Below, piece after piece: positions 1-15,166 of a stretch of 64,000 nt of DNA. The notes under the pieces are model-generated. The model saw nothing but the letters and a program-made list of their open reading frames with translations, was not told where the DNA came from and searched no databases. Source of the stretch: Eledone cirrhosa (lineage: Eukaryota); assembly GCA_964016885.1 (NCBI GenBank), contig OZ024743.1, positions 299,956,001-300,020,000 of the forward strand, given 5' to 3'. Position 1 is the stretch's first letter, and each line of letters starts with the position of its first letter. Position numbers and translations under genes: made by a program.

Positions 1-19
1 ACATACACACGCATATATA

Positions 20-83
<64 letters not shown>

Positions 84-207
84 TTATTATTATTACAAAC
101 ATATGCATATATGTGTGTGTTATAAAGATTTTCGCCCTCAATCCTTAGAATGTCTATACTCTAATTTTCTAAATTATGGAGATGCAATTAGAATAACTAA
201 TCATGAC

Positions 208-487
208 TAATAATTGTTTCTACTTTTGTCACAATGCCAGCAATTACCCAATGTACTACTGGTACTTTATTTTATCGACCCTGTATGGATGAAAGGCAAA
301 GTTAACCGCGGCGGGATTTGAACTCAGACCATAAATTCCCGAAACCTCTTTGCTGCAAAGCATGGCGTCCGACCCTCTACCGATACGGGCAATCCACCAC
401 CGTCTTGACTAATAATTGTTTCTACTTTTGGCACAAGAACAGCAATTACCTCAGTGTATTACTAGTATTTTATTTTATCGACCCCGT
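208..487 (-). mobile_element. tRNA-derived SINE (near full copy 208-403 plus tandem partial copy 411-487)
   Basis: Minus strand has B-box GTTCAAATCC and the core GCCTTTCATCC..GGGTCGATAAAATAAAGTACCAG shared with six other copies in the window. GACTAATAA recurs at the junctions. Confidence 0.85.
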
Positions 488-548
488 CTTGACTAATAAT
501 ATCACACAAATAGACACACACGCGCTCGCATACGCACACATACACATT

Positions 549-579
<31 letters not shown>

Positions 580-2372
580 CCCCCCACACACGCGCGCACT
601 ATCTCTCTCTCTCACACACACACATATATATATCTACGTTATGGAAGACAGTTTGCTGCATTAGAGAGTGACATGTAGGCAAGACTAATATTCAAAAATA
701 CGTTAATGTTTTGGAATTATGGCGCCACTAACGCTTCGGTTGACTGTGTATTTGGTGGTTGGCCCTGCCTTAACGGGAGCAGGTATATCATGAGGTCGCT
801 TTGTAGCAGTGTTATAATATAAAATCTATTGATTATGTACCAGATGTTACATCTATCACTCGCAATCATGCAGAGATATGTCGGTATGGGACAAGCCCGT
901 TTTAAAACACGATGTTACTCGCTTGTCTCTTTCTTTTGGCACGCTAAAATGAATACTAACACAGCCTTGTCAAAATGAGTCTTGTACTTAAATGATAATG
1001 ATATCTTCCTGAAAATAGATGGTGTATTGGATTCGGTACTATAAATAACATAAATATAAAATCCCATTAGTTTAAGAAGATTAAACTGTCTATCCATAGA
1101 TATCTAGTATTTTTCTTTTTAGACTTCAACAGTTGAGATCTGGACTATTGGAAACTAGAAATCAAAGTTTAAGAAAAAGTATGGGAAAAAGCCAGTGTGG
1201 TTTATCTGCAGATTCCTCATTAGTTCAGCATAAAAATTATGTAAGAACCTGTTTAATAGGTAAGTCATTCTTCACTCTTTTGTTCTCTTTTCACGTATTT
1301 ATCCAAGTAAATCTTGAATATTTTTATATTTCGAGAAACAATTATGCTGCAATCAGATTTGTGCATTTGGTCTTGCAATCTTCTAAACGTTAAATATGTG
1401 CGTAATTTCGCTTCACTCATTATTGTTGCAGTTATGCAGCCATCATCCTCTCCGGGGCGTACATAAATATACAATTGCTGTCCGTATCCAATTTCCATGG
1501 CAGTCCGAGAAAGTAATCGATATTATGAGAGATTTTCTCACTCTTTTCATGAAATATTTTGGTCAGAAGATATCGCCTTTCCTCATATTGCACCTGTACC
1601 TTTTTCTCAAAATTATTGCTATCAAATTAGTGAAGTGCGTGTGATTTTGCAATGTTTGTTGAAAGGAGAACAACACATTAAATATGACTGTTATATAGTT
1701 GTTCATAAATCGAGGGTATGAGAAAAACGAGTTATATATTACATTAAATCTTATCTAATTTATAGTGTCATGGTGCTTTTTATAGAGAGCTAATAAAACT
1801 TACCTCCACTATTACAACTGGATGGTTCAACTTCATATCCTTCTTTGGATAGGCAAATCCGAGAAACTGCAGTCACATCGAAATGTTGTATATTTTTAAA
1901 TGAATATAGGTGTCAACTTGATCATGACTGTTTACATATTAAGAAATATTAGGAATAGACATCCGTTGCTTAAGGAGTCATACACCTCATTGTATTTGTT
2001 GAAGAGTCAGAATTTTATGCGAGGACGTTCATTTGTTATTGCGTGTGACCTAACATTGGTTTTGTTAAGTTAGAATTAAAGCTCATGTGTCTGCTTTAGC
2101 CAAGAGGTTTTGAGCCATTGTTAAAATTCACTATGGCTGAATTCTTCTTTGTAGAACTTCTGTGGCTATTATTCCTAGAGTGTCTTTTATCTTTATTTCT
2201 TATTCAGTGTACCTTTCAATGTTAGATTGTTATTTGGGTGTATAAACCCTTGTATTTTAAAATGCTGTATTGACTTGTCCTTATCTAAATATGTTGTTTT
2301 ATTCTAGTTTCTAATGAGCTTGCAATTCGTACTTTATCCATTTCTTGTTTATAGATGCACCTGATCATTGTC

Positions 2373-2555
2373 AATAATTGTTTCTACTTTGGCACAAGGC
2401 CAGCAATTATCCCATTGCGTTACTGGTGCTTTAACTTATCGACCCCGTAAGGATGAAAGGCAGAGTTAAGCTCGGTGGGATTTGAACTCAGAACGTAAAA
2501 GACCTTAGCACTTGGCCGCAAATCATGGTGTCTGATGCTCTGCTGATAACAATGC
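2373..2555 (-). mobile_element. tRNA-derived SINE, diverged copy
   Basis: Same core (ATCGACCCCGTAAGGATGAAAGGC..GGGATTTGAACTCAG) and tail (AATAATTGTTTCTACTTT). Confidence 0.8.
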
Positions 2556-2693
2556 TGCAGGACTCTTTGATCTACACAGATAACACCAGGTGTTCAATCT
2601 CTTGAGTCGGTGGCGCTGGCTCTTCACTATAAAATCTACACTTGTATTGAGTGTTGTTTCTCTCCTCACGTGTGCCATTTGTACAGATAAATA

Positions 2694-2760
2694 TCTTCTT
2701 CTTCTTCTTCTTCTTCTTCTTCTTCTTCTTCTTCTTCTTCTTCTTCTTCTTCTTCTTCTT
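2694..2760. repeat. (CTT)n microsatellite
   Basis: Perfect trinucleotide run. Confidence 0.97.
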
Positions 2761-4989
2761 TATAGTTTTATCGCCTATATCTGAATGGAACCCCAAAACA
2801 ATGGAACACATGGCACGAGTGTAAGTAGTTTGAATCATTTAGCGATACAACTTTCGGTTCTCCAGCAAATCAATTTTCATTTTAATAATATATTTTGTGT
2901 TCATTTTTGTAGACATATTTCTTCATGTATGTGCGTGTGTACAAATGATTAATGCTATACGTTATTCAGTAAGTGGTGAATGCGTTCTTTTGTTTCAACG
3001 CACGTTTGAATCTAACATTCTAAAGTGGAAATCTGTAAGAGAGTTATCAATTTTATTATATTTTCAAAACATTATTGCTATCTTAACGACAGTTAGTAAG
3101 TAGATAAACGAAGAGAAATCTAACTACAGAATTAGAACACTGCCATACAGCATTCCGTCCGCTTTGTTGTTTTCTCTTAGATAGCAATCAAGTAACACTA
3201 GTTTAATAATTATGGCTTTTTATTCTTTTATATATACATTTTATTTATTGTTTTTATTTTTCATTCCTTGAATGTTACAAGTGATAAAACAATTCTTGCA
3301 GTTTTTGATGTGTTCTTTCGTTGGCAACCAGCGTCTGTTGACTTAAAATGATTGTCTATTTCTCTGCTATCTGATTTCCTTTACTGTAAGAAAACTTTGA
3401 AGTATGATATACAAAAAGCAACTGAAGTGCTGTCAGTCAACGCCATTATCTGTCCCAAAATGTCTGATTTTCCTTTTCGCTACATATCATTACTTCTATA
3501 AGAAAAGTAGAGAGTTGATGAAAACAACACCAACAACAAGAAAAAAAGTAAAGAAAACCAACTGTAGTGCACTGGTCTATATATATCAAGTATTTATCTA
3601 CACGCCACTATCTTAATAGTCCATATACAACCCTAAACGATATTGCATTTCATATCTTGATCCATTCAACATTCCCTATATTTATCATACTTGATACAAA
3701 TACCATTTTTGAGAAAGTATCATTTTTATACTATTCCAGTGTAATCTGTCTCTGGATTTTAGTCGATAACATATTGATCTATATTGAGTTGCTAAATTCA
3801 CATTTTTGACACCACACTGTTTTTCTCAGAGCAGTTGTATCAACACAAAAATGATCGTAAATACATACAAACAAACAAATAATCAAGCTTACATACATAC
3901 ATGCGTACACACATACACACATACATTCATACATACATACGTACATACAAATGTACATACATACGTACGTACATCCATCCATCCATCCAACAATACACAC
4001 ATACATATACAGACTGACACAGGCATGCTCACACATAGAGTATGCCCTCTAATTATGTATATGTTAAAAAGCTCATACATTCATTCGTTCGTTTGTCAAA
4101 AGCGTAAATTAAATAAAGAATGAGAATCCTTAACGTGATACAGAGAAATCCTCTTTATAATATCGATATCGTAAAGTACAAACATACACTGCCGTAGTGG
4201 TTATGGGAAGTAACGTCACCACAAATTTGAGAACTTGTGCCGAGGTTTGTTACCGATTAAACAGACGTGATTAGATGGTATTTCAAGAATGTTGATGTAT
4301 TTCATATTACTTTACCTCGCTGGGAAAAACTGAAAGCGAGAGAACTTAGGGAAGCGAATGGAGTGAAAGATGGGGTCAAATGCTGAAACACCTTATGTAT
4401 GTAGCACCACCTATACTCCAGATGTATGGAACCTGTGTAAGTGAAAAGGTTAAATAAGGCACACCATTGCTCGAATAGTTAGAAATATCAGTCAGACTTG
4501 CTAACATAGGAAATACTAATTGGATAACGTAGTACTAAAGAGATTTTGCCTGAAAAAACATATTGGTCATTACAATACGAATGTATTTGTTCAGAAGTAT
4601 TTCTAGCCTACGGTCCTGTAACTGATAGAAATGATATCACACTATTTCTGTTGTGTAATATCTGACAAACATCATAATTAGCTACATTGTTGCTACTGTA
4701 AACAACATCTTATTGCCGCTGGACATATGTCTATGTCTTTGTTTCATATTGCATTCATACTGAGTCGTGTTGTTTTTAAATAATGTATATAATTAAGCCT
4801 TAGTATTTGAGACAATTGTCCGTGTTTGTTGCTTGAGATATATTTACCAGTATTCACTTTTTTATGAATGTAATTAAACATCATATCAATAATTGTTTTT
4901 ATTTGCCATCAAGTCCTATTCATAAAATGACTAATCATTAAAGTGTTTATTGGCCCTATCACAGATACAGGCATATAAATAGAAGGGGG

Positions 4990-6180
4990 TCGCAAAAAGT
5001 GTTTAGAGAGTAATGGGCATCATTTTTGATCCTTTTCACCTCTTCGAGATCGACGGTAAGGTGTCTTAAAAACGGAACCCATCCAAAATATGTATGTATG
5101 TATGTATGGTCTTCCATTTCTGTTATTTTATGAAGTTTTTCAAATAGAGAGATAATCAGCTTCTCGGGATTTGTACTGAGGCAGTAGTAACATACCTCAG
5201 AAGAGTGTGAGATCAACACCGAATCTATTACAACGCTGCCTGCAATGACAATTAAATCTAATATAAATCTACCCTCCCCAACAGTTCCAAAGAAGGGCAC
5301 ATCGAAAACGAAGTCACGCCCATAAGAAAATAAAAGCAGATGTATTGATGCCATGAGTAAAGTCACTCACACAATGCAGTTCTGCAAGGTATTGGAAACC
5401 AATGGTTATCTAACATCCTCCACAAATAGAATACTGAACACCAGGCGCGGAAACCGGAGCAGATTAAGCTTAAGATCCTACACCTCGGCAAAACAGTAAG
5501 CAGTATTATCTCCAGAGCCACCAAAGAGATGCTTATCCAGGAAACAACTCCAAAACGAAAAGAACACGTGCTCTCTTAGGAACTGTCCAATGCACATCAC
5601 ATGCCATTGCTTGCATGCTTATGTTGTATATAGTCTAGAATGTGACAAATTTAACAGTTATTACATCGGCAGAATATTTCGGTCACTGCGCATTAGAATT
5701 AAAGAACACGTCACCCCCATCTTCTCATCATTTCAGAAGCTCGTCTTTAAACGCGGAAACAAAGACAAGAGACTCACAGTTACGGCACAAGCCATAGAAC
5801 ACAACTTAGGCCCTCTGCGCTTCAACGAAGCCTTCTTTATAAAACAAATCGAAAACTCTATCAACCACATACTGGAAAGGAATGAGACTCAATACCTAAT
5901 TTGACACGGTTACCAAACTATTTAAGCAAACGAGAGAAAACCTAAATTAACGAACAATGACAAGAAACAAACTACAGAGCAGTGAAAGCATCGAACTCTC
6001 AATCGAAATACAGGTTGATCTTTACCGGAATGTGACATGTCACATTAACACAATTACATCTATTTTCCTGTTGGTCAGCAGGCCACACAGAGGTTTTTTA
6101 TATGCCTCGGTTGCGACATCCGAAATGTAAAGACGAATAAATACTTCCACGGTAAAATTATTTCCAGTTAATTTCCTTTT
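4990..6180 (+). mobile_element. Decayed Penelope-like element: RT C-terminus, GIY-YIG endonuclease, 3' UTR; possible inverted RT piece at the 5' end
   Basis: ORF 5590-5904 has VVYSLEC..YYIGR..RSLRIRIKEH..EAFFIK (GIY-YIG of PLEs). An upstream NGY motif lies near 5400. The minus strand at 4990-5170 reads ..ITEMED..GWVPFL, resembling the RT FT.E.E..LPFLD motif. Confidence 0.75.
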
Positions 6181-6354
6181 TTCTCCAAAAGCTGTTCTAC
6201 ATTCTTCCCTCTCTCGAAAAATCCTCAGCTCTGTTTGTTCTCTAGATTTTGTGTCCTCAGTATTTACAAAGCCGTCTGCATTGTAGCGGCTTTGAACTAA
6301 TTATATATATATATATATATATATATTGGAGCGAACATCAACAACAAGCACAGA

Positions 6355-6485
6355 ATGATAACAATGATGATGATGAGGATGATAATGATGATGATTAGGA
6401 TGATGATGATGAGGATAATGATGACGAACATGATGAAGATGAGGATGATAATGATGATGGTGATAATGGTGGGATGGATAATAAT
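6355..6485. repeat. Degenerate (ATG/GAT)n trinucleotide repeat
   Basis: Interrupted GAT runs. Confidence 0.9.
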
Positions 6486-6935
6486 TACGAGTGTCATCTT
6501 TGTGCCTGAAAAACGGTATAAAAAGGAAAAACATATGAAATAACAAAAATAATAACAAATTGATAAAAAAATTTGAGGAATTATTTCAGAAAAGATTTGA
6601 AGTAGGGAGTGAATAGAGATAAAGCAAACATAATTCTATATGAGAAGAAGAATAAAGCTAAGAAACAAGAAACGAGTACGAACGAAATGGAAGATAACGA
6701 AACAGAAGAATCTAACAGAACATGAATAACGTGGATTTTAATTACAACAATAGAAATACGTTTAAAATATTAGGAATGCGAGGTGGGAGATTACCAGAAT
6801 ATATGTTTGTAATAAGAAACATGGTTGCAGACAGAGTGGATTTATGTAATATATTGAACATATACATATATATGTACTTATACAAATGTAGACAAATTTA
6901 AATTTATTTCGCAAAAGTTTTTGAAACGAAACAAA

Positions 6936-7256
6936 TATGGTTATATTTGGGGAGGGTTATATTGCTACAATATTGCAAGAACAGCTAAATTATGTATAGG
7001 GATATAAAATATACGGAAGTGAAAGCCAATCCAAAACAAACAGTGAGTGTGTTTTTGGCAGTATCGGCAGAGGGTCGGACGCCATGCTTTGGAGCACAGA
7101 GTTACGTTCATTTATGGTCTAAGTTCAAATCCAGCCTAGGTTAACTTTGTCTTTCATCCTTACGGGGTCAATCAAATAAAGTACCAGTAATTCACAATTG
7201 TGCCAAACGTAGAAACAATTATTATTTCAATATGACATTCCCCAAATATAACAAAT
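6936..7256. mobile_element. Short fold-back element with inverted ends, interrupted by a SINE
   Basis: TTATATTTGGGGAGGGTTATATTG at the left and AATATGACATTCCCCAAATATAAC at the right. Same terminus as the 9963-10573 fold-back and the sequences near 34990 and 35765. Confidence 0.6.
7057..7223 (+). mobile_element. tRNA-derived SINE
   Basis: A-box-like TGGCAGTATCGG, B-box GTTCAAATCC, shared core and tail. Confidence 0.85.
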
Positions 7257-7320
7257 AAAAAGATACATGAAAACACTGAGTCATTAATGAATACACACAC
7301 ACTTGACACCATATGTAGTT

Positions 7321-7493
<173 letters not shown>

Positions 7494-8255
7494 TGTATTC
7501 ATTTAGTTACTCAGGAATATCATGTATCTTTATATTTATATTTTTCTACATTACACACACTAGCAGAAAAACCACTCCCGGGTAGTTTTCTGTTAGCATG
7601 TGTAGTGTGTATATTGATATTATACGCAAGTATATATGCATGTAGATATGATCAAATAAAATCGTAATTGACAATACACAGAAATTTTACGAATACTGCG
7701 TTACACTGTCTTATGTAATGAGTAACGTAATCCATGATACATTAAAAAAAGACAATATTATATATAAACTGCATTAGGAGAAAATTGGTGACAGAAAATT
7801 AATAAGTTTATTTAAACGTACGCTAACCAGAAGTCTTGACATTTGAAAACTTTAAAGAAGTGAATCTTTAAATAAATGATAAAATATATTTAATGAACAG
7901 CCACGAAATTTAGTAGATACATTATGTAATATTCATTCAATATTTATTCAAAGTAATCCAACATATTTTACTAAGGGGATAACAAATTATAAACCTTACG
8001 CAGTCCTGCGCTTCTTACTTTATTATAGTTTAGATACACACACTTGACAACGTATATATATATATATGTGTGTATGTCTGCGGCTTCGACTCCTATGGAC
8101 GTCAATACTCATCTTTTCCCATTTCTCTGAGGGTTCTTAACTCCAATATCAGGCTAAATAATTTCTTTAATTTCTTTAGTCAAAATACGGCGATAGCTTA
8201 CATTGCTAATAATTTCAAACCAACTCGCTGTTTCGAAAATATTCTTACTTGTATA

Positions 8256-8321
<66 letters not shown>

Positions 8322-8412
8322 GTGGATTCCCGATAGGACTATATTTAAAAAAAAGTGACAAATTTACAACTTTATCTTACATAGAAATTACTTTTACAGA
8401 AATAGAACGGTG

Positions 8413-8460
<48 letters not shown>

Positions 8461-8548
8461 CGGACAACGATAAGCGAAGTAGTTTCAGATGTTTAAGTAT
8501 CTTAATAATAATTCTGTGATATATATGTCAATGGCGAAAGTGGCCACA

Positions 8549-8585
8549 CTGTTCTGTGCGACAGTTTCGCGACATCGTCAGACAG
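8549..8585 (-). ncRNA. Degenerate minimal type I hammerhead ribozyme motif
   Basis: Minus strand CTGT-CTGACGA-TGTCGC-GAAA-CTG TCGCA CAG-A-ACAG. Both core boxes are intact but the UH cleavage site is damaged. Confidence 0.4.
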
Positions 8586-9962
8586 CTTGTTACATAATAA
8601 GGTTATGTTACCGACTCAATCCAAATTGAATCGACATGGGAACGGACGAAGTATGTGCTTTTGGGTTCTTTGTCCGTCCCCCTTTGAGTACGAATTCACC
8701 CCCACTGGTCTCCTATGTGGAATAAGTACTTTGAATGCTTGAATTGAATTGCATCAATGTTTACCCTAAGAATTTAGCTCCAATTAGTTGAGCGCTCAAT
8801 GATGTAACCGATATGGTGGAGAGGAGACGAACCAACCATGAGCTACACCCGGAAATTCCCTCTACCATGGGATGGAAACCGATGACACTGGACGGACATA
8901 ATAATAACTTTCGGCAGGATATATACGCGGAAACAAAAACAAAGCTAAACCCCTATTTTTCTGCACCAAATCGCATTATAACTGAAGTCTCCTCAATTCA
9001 AATGGACAAATTGACAATAATATGGATCATTTTGCATATATGTACTCTATGTGATTTTGCATTCATTCATTCATTCATTCATTCATTCATTCATTCATTC
9101 ATTTATTCATTCATTGGTTCTTTTCTTTTGTGTACTTTATATACGTTTTTATTGGTTTTGTTCCATGTGAGGGAAATTTGATTATGTACCCGATTAACTA
9201 CTAACTTTCATACTGTAATTTACCCTCAGTTCTACTGTACGGTACCATCGTTCAGTATGTAGATAGTGTAACTGTAACATTAGGACCCCTTTCAGAACTT
9301 CTTACTTAAACATCTCTCTGCATATTATTTACTCACTTCAATCTATATTTTTTGTACTCACCTCAATCGGATTCTCACTTGAAAATTCTTTTAATTGTTT
9401 AATTTCTGATTTCTGATACTTGATTTAGGATTTTCGATTTCAAATTGTAATTTTTAGTTCTAATTTCACTTGTCACTACCAATATGAAACCATGATACAT
9501 AGGATTAAATATATTCTCTTAGGGGTTGATGGTTAGTTATACTGTCCATAATTAGTGAGAGGTACTAAAGAGACCTGTAAATACAAACACTCTCCCATCC
9601 CCACTGGCCTTCGGCTGACTGTCACAGACGGGATGGGTAGCAGTAAACTACGGTGCAGGCTTGAATGGGTCATTGTTTGGCTGAGAGGGGGAACTGACTA
9701 AGCGAATTTCGTTGAAATCTGCGGTAGCTAATGGTCAACTTCCCCCTGGACCTGAGCTTGCGCAGACCAGTGGCGGTGAATTGGTACTCACAGGGGAACG
9801 GACGAAGAACCCAAAAGCACATACTTCGTCAATATTTACCCTAAGTATATATATATATATATATACATATCTATCTATCTCTCTCTCTCTATATATATAT
9901 ATATATAACGGCGATGAATTAGTTTTGCGAGGTTTTTGATATGAAATCGTGTGTCGAAACAA

Positions 9963-10673
<711 letters not shown>

Positions 10674-11132
10674 ACGCCTGTGTCTGTGTGTGCGTCTGTG
10701 TGTATGATTGTGCGTGTAGTATGTCGTAGATGAAAGATAATGGAAATCAATGCACAATCTGTGTGAAAGAAAACTTATTTAGTATAAACGAAGGTTCATA
10801 CACTTAACAAGTGTGTGTTACCATCGGTTTCGGGGACCAGTTTTTGTCACCATTGTATATTGTTGGACGCACTCTTAAACTGACTCGTCATCGCGCACGG
10901 GAACCCTGAAATCAATGGTCACACATCGATGTTAACCGTATGGAACATTTTTTATATTATATATATACTATAACAAATGGTGACGCTCGAACATTGCTTC
11001 ACCAGAGCAATCCTTCCACTTAATTCAACCCCCTGACTTCCATTACTTGAGTTAAGTATTTCCGAAGAAGAAACAAAGGAAACAAGAATACAGAGCTATT
11101 AAATACACACACACACACACATGCCCCCCCCT

Positions 11133-11185
<53 letters not shown>

Positions 11186-11374
11186 TATATATATAGTGTA
11201 TGTGTGTATATAAGTTGCCTATAACAACATAAACAAGTGGAATAATAGATTTGAATACGTGAAAATAATCATTAGGTTTTACCTTGCCCATTTCCTATCA
11301 CTACTTATTTGACTGTGTAAAATGTCTACCATACTAAAATATGGAATGATACGCGGCGATGCCCCCCCCCCCCC

Positions 11375-11885
11375 CCCAGCCCCGGTGGACAGAATGGAGA
11401 AGGCGTTTCCCCGGAGGACGGCAAGGGAGACGCGCTGAAAAAGCCACTCCAACTCGCGGGGACCACACCTGCGTCTGGCCAGCTCAGTGCCTATGGTAGT
11501 TAGTAGGGAGATAGCCCTAGGACCGAGGGCACCAGAAGTCTCCATTGCCAAGGGCAGGACAACGAAGCTGTCGGAAAGCGACCGGTATTTAAGGAGTTTG
11601 ACCTCCTCAGCCCGACGTGCAGCAGAACCTAGGTTAGTCGCAGACTGCAACAGGTTGCGGCTGGAGAAAGTGTCAGTGTAAGTGGCATCCCAGACGAGAG
11701 GATTGCCACCGCGGAAAGGGAAGATGGTTATACCGCCTGGCCTTTTGCCATCCCATCGGTCCAGCCCCACCGGCTCGAGCTGAGAAGGGAAGCCTGCAGC
11801 GTCCAAGCCATGCTTTATGACCTCGTTGAGTGCAGCATGGCGTGGAAGGCGACCGACACAGTGGCGACAGGAAAGCGGGTGGAGG
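11375..11885 (-). mobile_element. CRE-clade non-LTR retrotransposon 3' fragment (restriction-like endonuclease domain)
   Basis: HPLSC..RHAALNEVI..LEPVGL.R.DGKRPGG.T..PF..G..LVWDAT..E..K..KY..P.AMETSGA.G..FQRVSLAVLRGNA, the typical CRE RLE C-terminus. Confidence 0.88.
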
Positions 11886-11998
11886 TTAAACATAAATATT
11901 TGATTATTGTAGTTATCGTAATTTATTATTCCTTTATTAAGATTTTGTAATTGCATCCTAGGAATAAATTAGTAGTCTATATCTTTGACTGCAATTAT

Positions 11999-12470
11999 AT
12001 CTTCTTCTTCTTCTTCTTCTTCTTCTTCTTCTTCTTCTTCTTCTTCTTCTTCTTCTTCTTCTTCTTCTTCTTCTTCTTCTTCTTCTTCTTCTTCTTCTTC
12101 TTCTTCTTCTTCGACACCACTTACTCTTACACGGGTCTACCATGGTTTCTCCTGCCGGTTAGTTATACCCATAAATTCTGTCCAACGATTCTTTCCTGAA
12201 ACATTCTAACCACATACCCATAGTATCGGAGAAGTGATGACTTAAATCGAAGAAGTAGCGTCTCAACCTGGCGTGCTCCTCTGATTTCTCAAGCTACGTA
12301 TTCTATCGAGTAACGTTACTCTAAAGAGCCTTCGGCCACTTGTATTCACGATCGCATTTTTTCGGTCAATAAATGGTTCCTGACCATAGGTAAGGATTGC
12401 CAAGAATATCGAATTGAATATCTTCTGATGAACGAATGCTGAAGCTCCAGCATTGCTTCCACAGAGCACT
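11999..12470 (-). mobile_element. Decayed RTE-type LINE 3' fragment ending in a (GAA)n tract (11999-12112)
   Basis: Minus strand IFNSIFLAILTYGQE..RRLFRVTLLDRIRS resembles the post-RT region of RTE elements. Frameshifted. Confidence 0.6.
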
Positions 12471-12504
12471 TAATTGAAGCCCTACCTTCCGTCACTCGAG
12501 TTTA

Positions 12505-12581
<77 letters not shown>

Positions 12582-12751
12582 TATGTTAAGTATTTCCGGA
12601 GAAAAAGCAAAGGAAAATAGTGGTCTATGTATAATACAGAGCTATTAAATATATATATATAGTAATAATAATAAATTTGAAGACTAAAATCCAAAGAGGG
12701 TTCGATAAGGATAAATATATATCAAATATTTACGAACCGTAGCGCAAATAG

Positions 12752-12831
<80 letters not shown>

Positions 12832-12875
12832 TATAAAAAGGAATAATAGATACAATATACCTATTTTTACTTTAG

Positions 12876-12965
12876 TCCCGACTGTACAATTTCGCTGGTC
12901 ACTATGAAAAACATTATATCGTAGATATGTAACATTGTTGTGAGGTAAGCCAGCTTATCAAGAGA
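12876..12965 (-). ncRNA. Type I hammerhead, U3:A8 core variant, long stem II (mirror copy 13696-13785 on plus)
   Basis: TCTC-TTGATAA-GCTGG..(about 50 nt)..CCAGC-GAAA-TTGTACAG-TC-GGGA. Confidence 0.72.
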
Positions 12966-13174
12966 GCACCTCAGGAAAGAGCCCTAACTACATACGTCCG
13001 TAGCAAGCGAGAAAACCTCAGAAAGGCGGAGGGAGACTCTATCACGTGATTCACCTGTCAAGAAAGGGGATTAATCCCTTGTAGCAGTGAAAATATCTCA
13101 GAAGGCGGAAGGAGATATTGATATGATACATAGGCTACAGAAGGGTGGTAAGGTTGACGAGAAGTGTATATAGT

Positions 13175-13358
13175 TGTCTCTACTTTAGGCACAAGGCCAT
13201 CAATTAGCCAGTGCATTACTGGTACTTTATTTTATCGACCCCGTAAGGATGAAAGGCAAAGTCAACATCGGCGGGATTTGAACTCAGATCGTAAAGGGGC
13301 GTAACTATGCTGGAAAGCATGGCGTCCGACCCTCTACTGATACTGCCAATCCACCGCC
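13175..13358 (-). mobile_element. tRNA-derived SINE with 15-bp target-site duplication
   Basis: Full core. AGAAGTGTATATAGT at 13160-13174 and 13361-13375. Confidence 0.92.
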
Positions 13359-14012
13359 CTAGAAGTGTATATAGTGTTTGCTTGAAAGCAGTCACTATAC
13401 TTCCGTGGTTACTCTACCGTGAGGGAGTTAGAGACAATAATGAGAGGTATACAAATATATGTGTATACATACATATACCTGTATATATAAACATATAGTT
13501 TTCACAAGTATGTGAGCTTGTATGTTGTAGACCTTAACCAGTGTTACTCTATGATTATGAGAGACAAGATAATCGAAATAATTAAATTTACACAATATCA
13601 GAGTTATGTAAAATATTATAAAAAGGAATAATAGATACAATGTACCTATTTTTTTGTTTAGTCCCGACTGTAGTTAGCGTTCTTCCCTGAGGTTATCTCT
13701 TGATAAGCTGGCTTACCTCACAACAATGTTACATATCTATGATATTAAATTTTTGCATAGTGACCAGCGAAACTGTAAGTCGGGACTAAACAAAAAAATA
13801 GGTATATGATATCTATTATTCCTTTTTATAATAGTTTACATTACTCTGACATTGAGTCAATTTAATTATTTCGATTATCTTGTCTCTCATAATCATAGAA
13901 TAACACTGGTTAAGGTCGACAACATACAATCTCACATACTTGTGTAAAATATATGTTTATATATACATGTATATGTATGTATACTCACATATGTGTATAC
14001 CTCTCATTATTG

Positions 14013-14103
<91 letters not shown>

Positions 14104-15166
14104 TACTCTTCCCAAACGTATGTTTCGTTTAGTCTAGTGGTTTCTATTTTAATTGTAGTTATGTATATGGTCGTTTTTTAAACGCTTGTATGTGGTACTG
14201 ATATTCCAAAGAAGACGAAAAGTGTTCAGATCGATCCTCATTTCTCTGTCGACGAAGATGTTGTAAGAAGATGGAAAACCCGCTCTACTCTATAATTCTT
14301 TTGCATTATATATTTAACTGAAATGTAGTATATCTTTGCTGAGCAGGCAAGAGGAGTTTCCTGTGTGACTGGGCATATAGCTGCAAGAGTATATATACAA
14401 ATGACAATATATGGGGTTGACCCACAACAATTTAGCACAATCACAGACTCAGCGATCGTGCAGTAAACCTGAACTTATATACGGATTATAATGAATAGTT
14501 GCAATAAATCCAATATTATCAATCATTTCAGCTAAATTTTTAATGAATCTATATTTTTTAAATTCACAATTTTATTTCGATTTGATGTTTTATTTATTTT
14601 TTTGTCTTTCGAAAGTCTCAAGTCTGAGAATATATTATCAGTTGTGCGTAGCTAAAATGACCATGAATCAAATCAAAGAAACGTGTGACGGATTTAAGTA
14701 GTTTAACGATGTAACGTCTCGAAACTAATAGTTAACAAAAACTATTCTGACATAGTGTTTTTAAAAATGAAATTGAGGTTTTCAACACTTCGTTGATTCA
14801 TATTCTGTAAAGTTATTCTTCTGAAGAATAAGAGTTAACGTATTTGAAACGTCGTGTGATTAATATTAGATGCTTGATTGGTTAAATAAATCTACTGAAA
14901 ATGTCAATTTCCGAACGGATGTGATGAAATACAATCATGTTTCTAACCAAGCAATCAATAGCACAGTTGGAAATGGCATTTACAGAATATATGAAACGTT
15001 GCTCATTGAGAGACTGTTATACAACTAAACTTTAGATAATATTGCTTCAACAAATTTGGAGCTTTAGAGAATAAATATCGATGGATACTTTACTTCACAA
15101 ATGTATGCAAGAAATAACTATTTTTATTTCATCATTGGTCAGCAAAATCTGATTTCGAAAGATGTC

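Larger units (their letters stand above)
12824..14017 (-). mobile_element. Hammerhead-bearing repeat: partial tandem (12824 repeats at 13609; about 585 bp without the SINE) plus inverted copy 13669-14017
   Basis: 13431-13670 is the reverse complement of 13778-14017, and 12824-12992 is the reverse complement of 13669-13838. Starts in (TA)n. Confidence 0.85.

Noticed and set aside
6297-6558. His-rich, Met-rich and Ile-rich ORFs
   Set aside because: All frames of one degenerate (ATG)n repeat; no splice or domain evidence.
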